From assembly GCA_046331625.1 (NCBI GenBank), contig JAXLQL010000020.1, positions 102,452 through 166,451 on the forward strand: a DNA stretch of 64,000 nt, written 5' to 3'. The notes beneath the pieces were generated by a model, which had not been told where the DNA came from, did no database searches, and saw only the letters and a list, made by a program, of their open reading frames with translations. This document shows, in pieces, positions 62,912 to 64,000 of the stretch; within the stretch, counting starts at the first letter, position 1; every line of letters starts with the position of its first letter. The position numbers and the translations under genes were made by a program. This DNA is from Bryobacteraceae bacterium (GTDB lineage Bacteria; Acidobacteriota; Terriglobia; Bryobacterales; Bryobacteraceae).

Positions 62912-63805
62912 ATGTCTCTTCCCCAGCCGCTTCGCGGCATTGTCACTCCACTCATCACTCCGCTCGAAGCGGACTTCTCGCTCGACGCCGCGTCGCTCGA
63001 CCGGCTCGTCGACCACGTCATCGGCGGAGGCGTGAACGGAATCTTTCCTCTCGGAACCAGCGGCGAAGGCCCGGTGCTGAGCATGGCAACCCAGCGCGCC
63101 ACCATCGAACGCGCCTGCGCGGCAGCGCGAGGACGGGTTCCTGTTCTCGCCGGGGTCACGCACGCGAGCGTCGAGGAATCGATCGGCCTTGCACGTCACG
63201 CGGCAGCATGCGGCGCGTCGGCGGTGGTCACAGCAGGTCCGCTCTACATGCCGGTTTCGCAGTCGCAACTCATCGACGTCACGCGCCGCCTCGCCGACGC
63301 GAGTCCGATTCCGGTGTTCCTCTACAACATGCCGAGCCACACGCACGTGTTCTTCGAAGAGGCAACCGTACTGGAACTGGCCGCGCACCCCAACATCACC
63401 GGACTCAAAGACAGCTCCGGCCAGATCATGTACCTGCATGGGTTGAGGCGAAGGCTCGAGCATCGCCCCGACTTTTCGTTGCTCGTGGGTCCCGAGGAGA
63501 TGATGCCCGAGTGCGTAATGCTCGGCATCCACGGCGGCGTCAACGGAGGATCGAACCTCTTCCCCGAGCTCTACGTGAGCCTCTATGACGCGGCCATGCG
63601 TGGCGATCTCGACACGGTGCGCAAGCTCCAACGCCGCGTGCAGGACGTGAGCACCGGAGCCTATGGCGCCAGCTACCTGCTCGGCGTGAAGTGCGCCGCG
63701 GCCGCTCTGGGCCTCTGCCGAAATGTCGTTGCGCCGCCGTACCGCGCGCTCGAAGGCGAAGCCGAAGCTCGAGTCCGCGCGGCCGTGGCGCGGCTGCGCG
63801 GCTAA
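62912..63805 (+). CDS. dihydrodipicolinate synthase/N-acetylneuraminate lyase-family (DapA-like) class I aldolase
   Basis: GIVTPLITP...GIFPLGTSGE, and a Schiff-base Lys region (ITGLKDSSG). Confidence 0.85.
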   Translation: MSLPQPLRGIVTPLITPLEADFSLDAASLDRLVDHVIGGGVNGIFPLGTSGEGPVLSMATQRATIERACAAARGRVPVLAGVTHASVEESIGLARHAAACGASAVVTAGPLYMPVSQSQLIDVTRRLADASPIPVFLYNMPSHTHVFFEEATVLELAAHPNITGLKDSSGQIMYLHGLRRRLEHRPDFSLLVGPEEMMPECVMLGIHGGVNGGSNLFPELYVSLYDAAMRGDLDTVRKLQRRVQDVSTGAYGASYLLGVKCAAAALGLCRNVVAPPYRALEGEAEARVRAAVARLRG

Positions 63806-64000
63806 AACACCAGACGCAGCGCCATCTGATAAATCCTCGGATTGAACAAGTTCCCCTTGTCGCCGCCCACCGGCACCAGCGACCCGAAGTTCGTCTGCGT
63901 GGCGTTGGCCTGCGGATAGATCACCACGTAGAAGTCGCTCGCCATCAGGTTGTAGGCTTCGGCGCGGAACTGCAAGTTCAAGCGCTCCTGAATGCGGAAC
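63802..64000 (-). CDS. C-terminal end of a third Oar-like TonB-dependent receptor (partial, runs off the window)
   Basis: The minus-strand translation ends ...NLFNPRIYQMALRLVF*, with the terminal-Phe barrel signature shared by the two complete receptors. Confidence 0.55.
   Translation of the reverse strand, partial: FRIQERLNLQFRAEAYNLMASDFYVVIYPQANATQTNFGSLVPVGGDKGNLFNPRIYQMALRLVF

Overview
A 64-kb chromosomal segment, roughly 65% GC, that is almost certainly from an Acidobacteria-type genome. The indicators are a PadR regulator followed directly by an ADOP-type duplicated FtsX permease, two Oar-like TonB-dependent receptors whose proteins end in Phe, a TIGR03437-like Ig domain, and a PSCyt1-DUF1549-DUF1553 protein paired with DUF1501. 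The window is densely coding: about 50 CDS, no rRNA, tRNA or CRISPR array found. Housekeeping genes that I recognise with confidence are mnmG, rlmI, typA, ruvB and folK. Other calls include an alpha-carbonic anhydrase, a multiheme cytochrome c, an M48 peptidase, a site-2 protease, Hsp20, an Fe-alcohol dehydrogenase, a multicopper oxidase, a DapA-family lyase and an inositol monophosphatase-family enzyme. Accessory content consists of the following. (1) A five-gene glycosyltransferase, Wzy-like polysaccharide locus (23.1-29.4 kb) and an adjacent secreted beta-helix protein. (2) A 1.4-kb noncoding stretch (29.4-30.8 kb) packed with a dual-hairpin REP-like repeat that also occurs at 10.4, 23.1 and 62.7 kb. 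(3) A degraded mobile or defence-like spot (19.1-20.6 kb) with a 187-bp tandem duplication and an Rpn-family nuclease remnant. (4) A tightly packed three-gene operon of unrecognisable proteins (32.4-35.3 kb), the best candidate for an undescribed system. (5) A small island (43.2-45.6 kb) carrying an HTH protein plus an OLD-family ABC ATPase and a DUF4435 (Toprim-like, PARIS AriA/AriB-like) pair, in which the DUF4435 gene is interrupted. (6) A GntR regulator sandwiched between two SPFH (flotillin-like and stomatin-like) genes. (7) A DUF433/DUF5615 toxin-antitoxin-like pair. Two genes carry single-base frameshifts inside homopolymer runs, so sequencing error is a live alternative to pseudogenisation. 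All calls rest on reading the provided translations and sequence by eye; no database search was possible.
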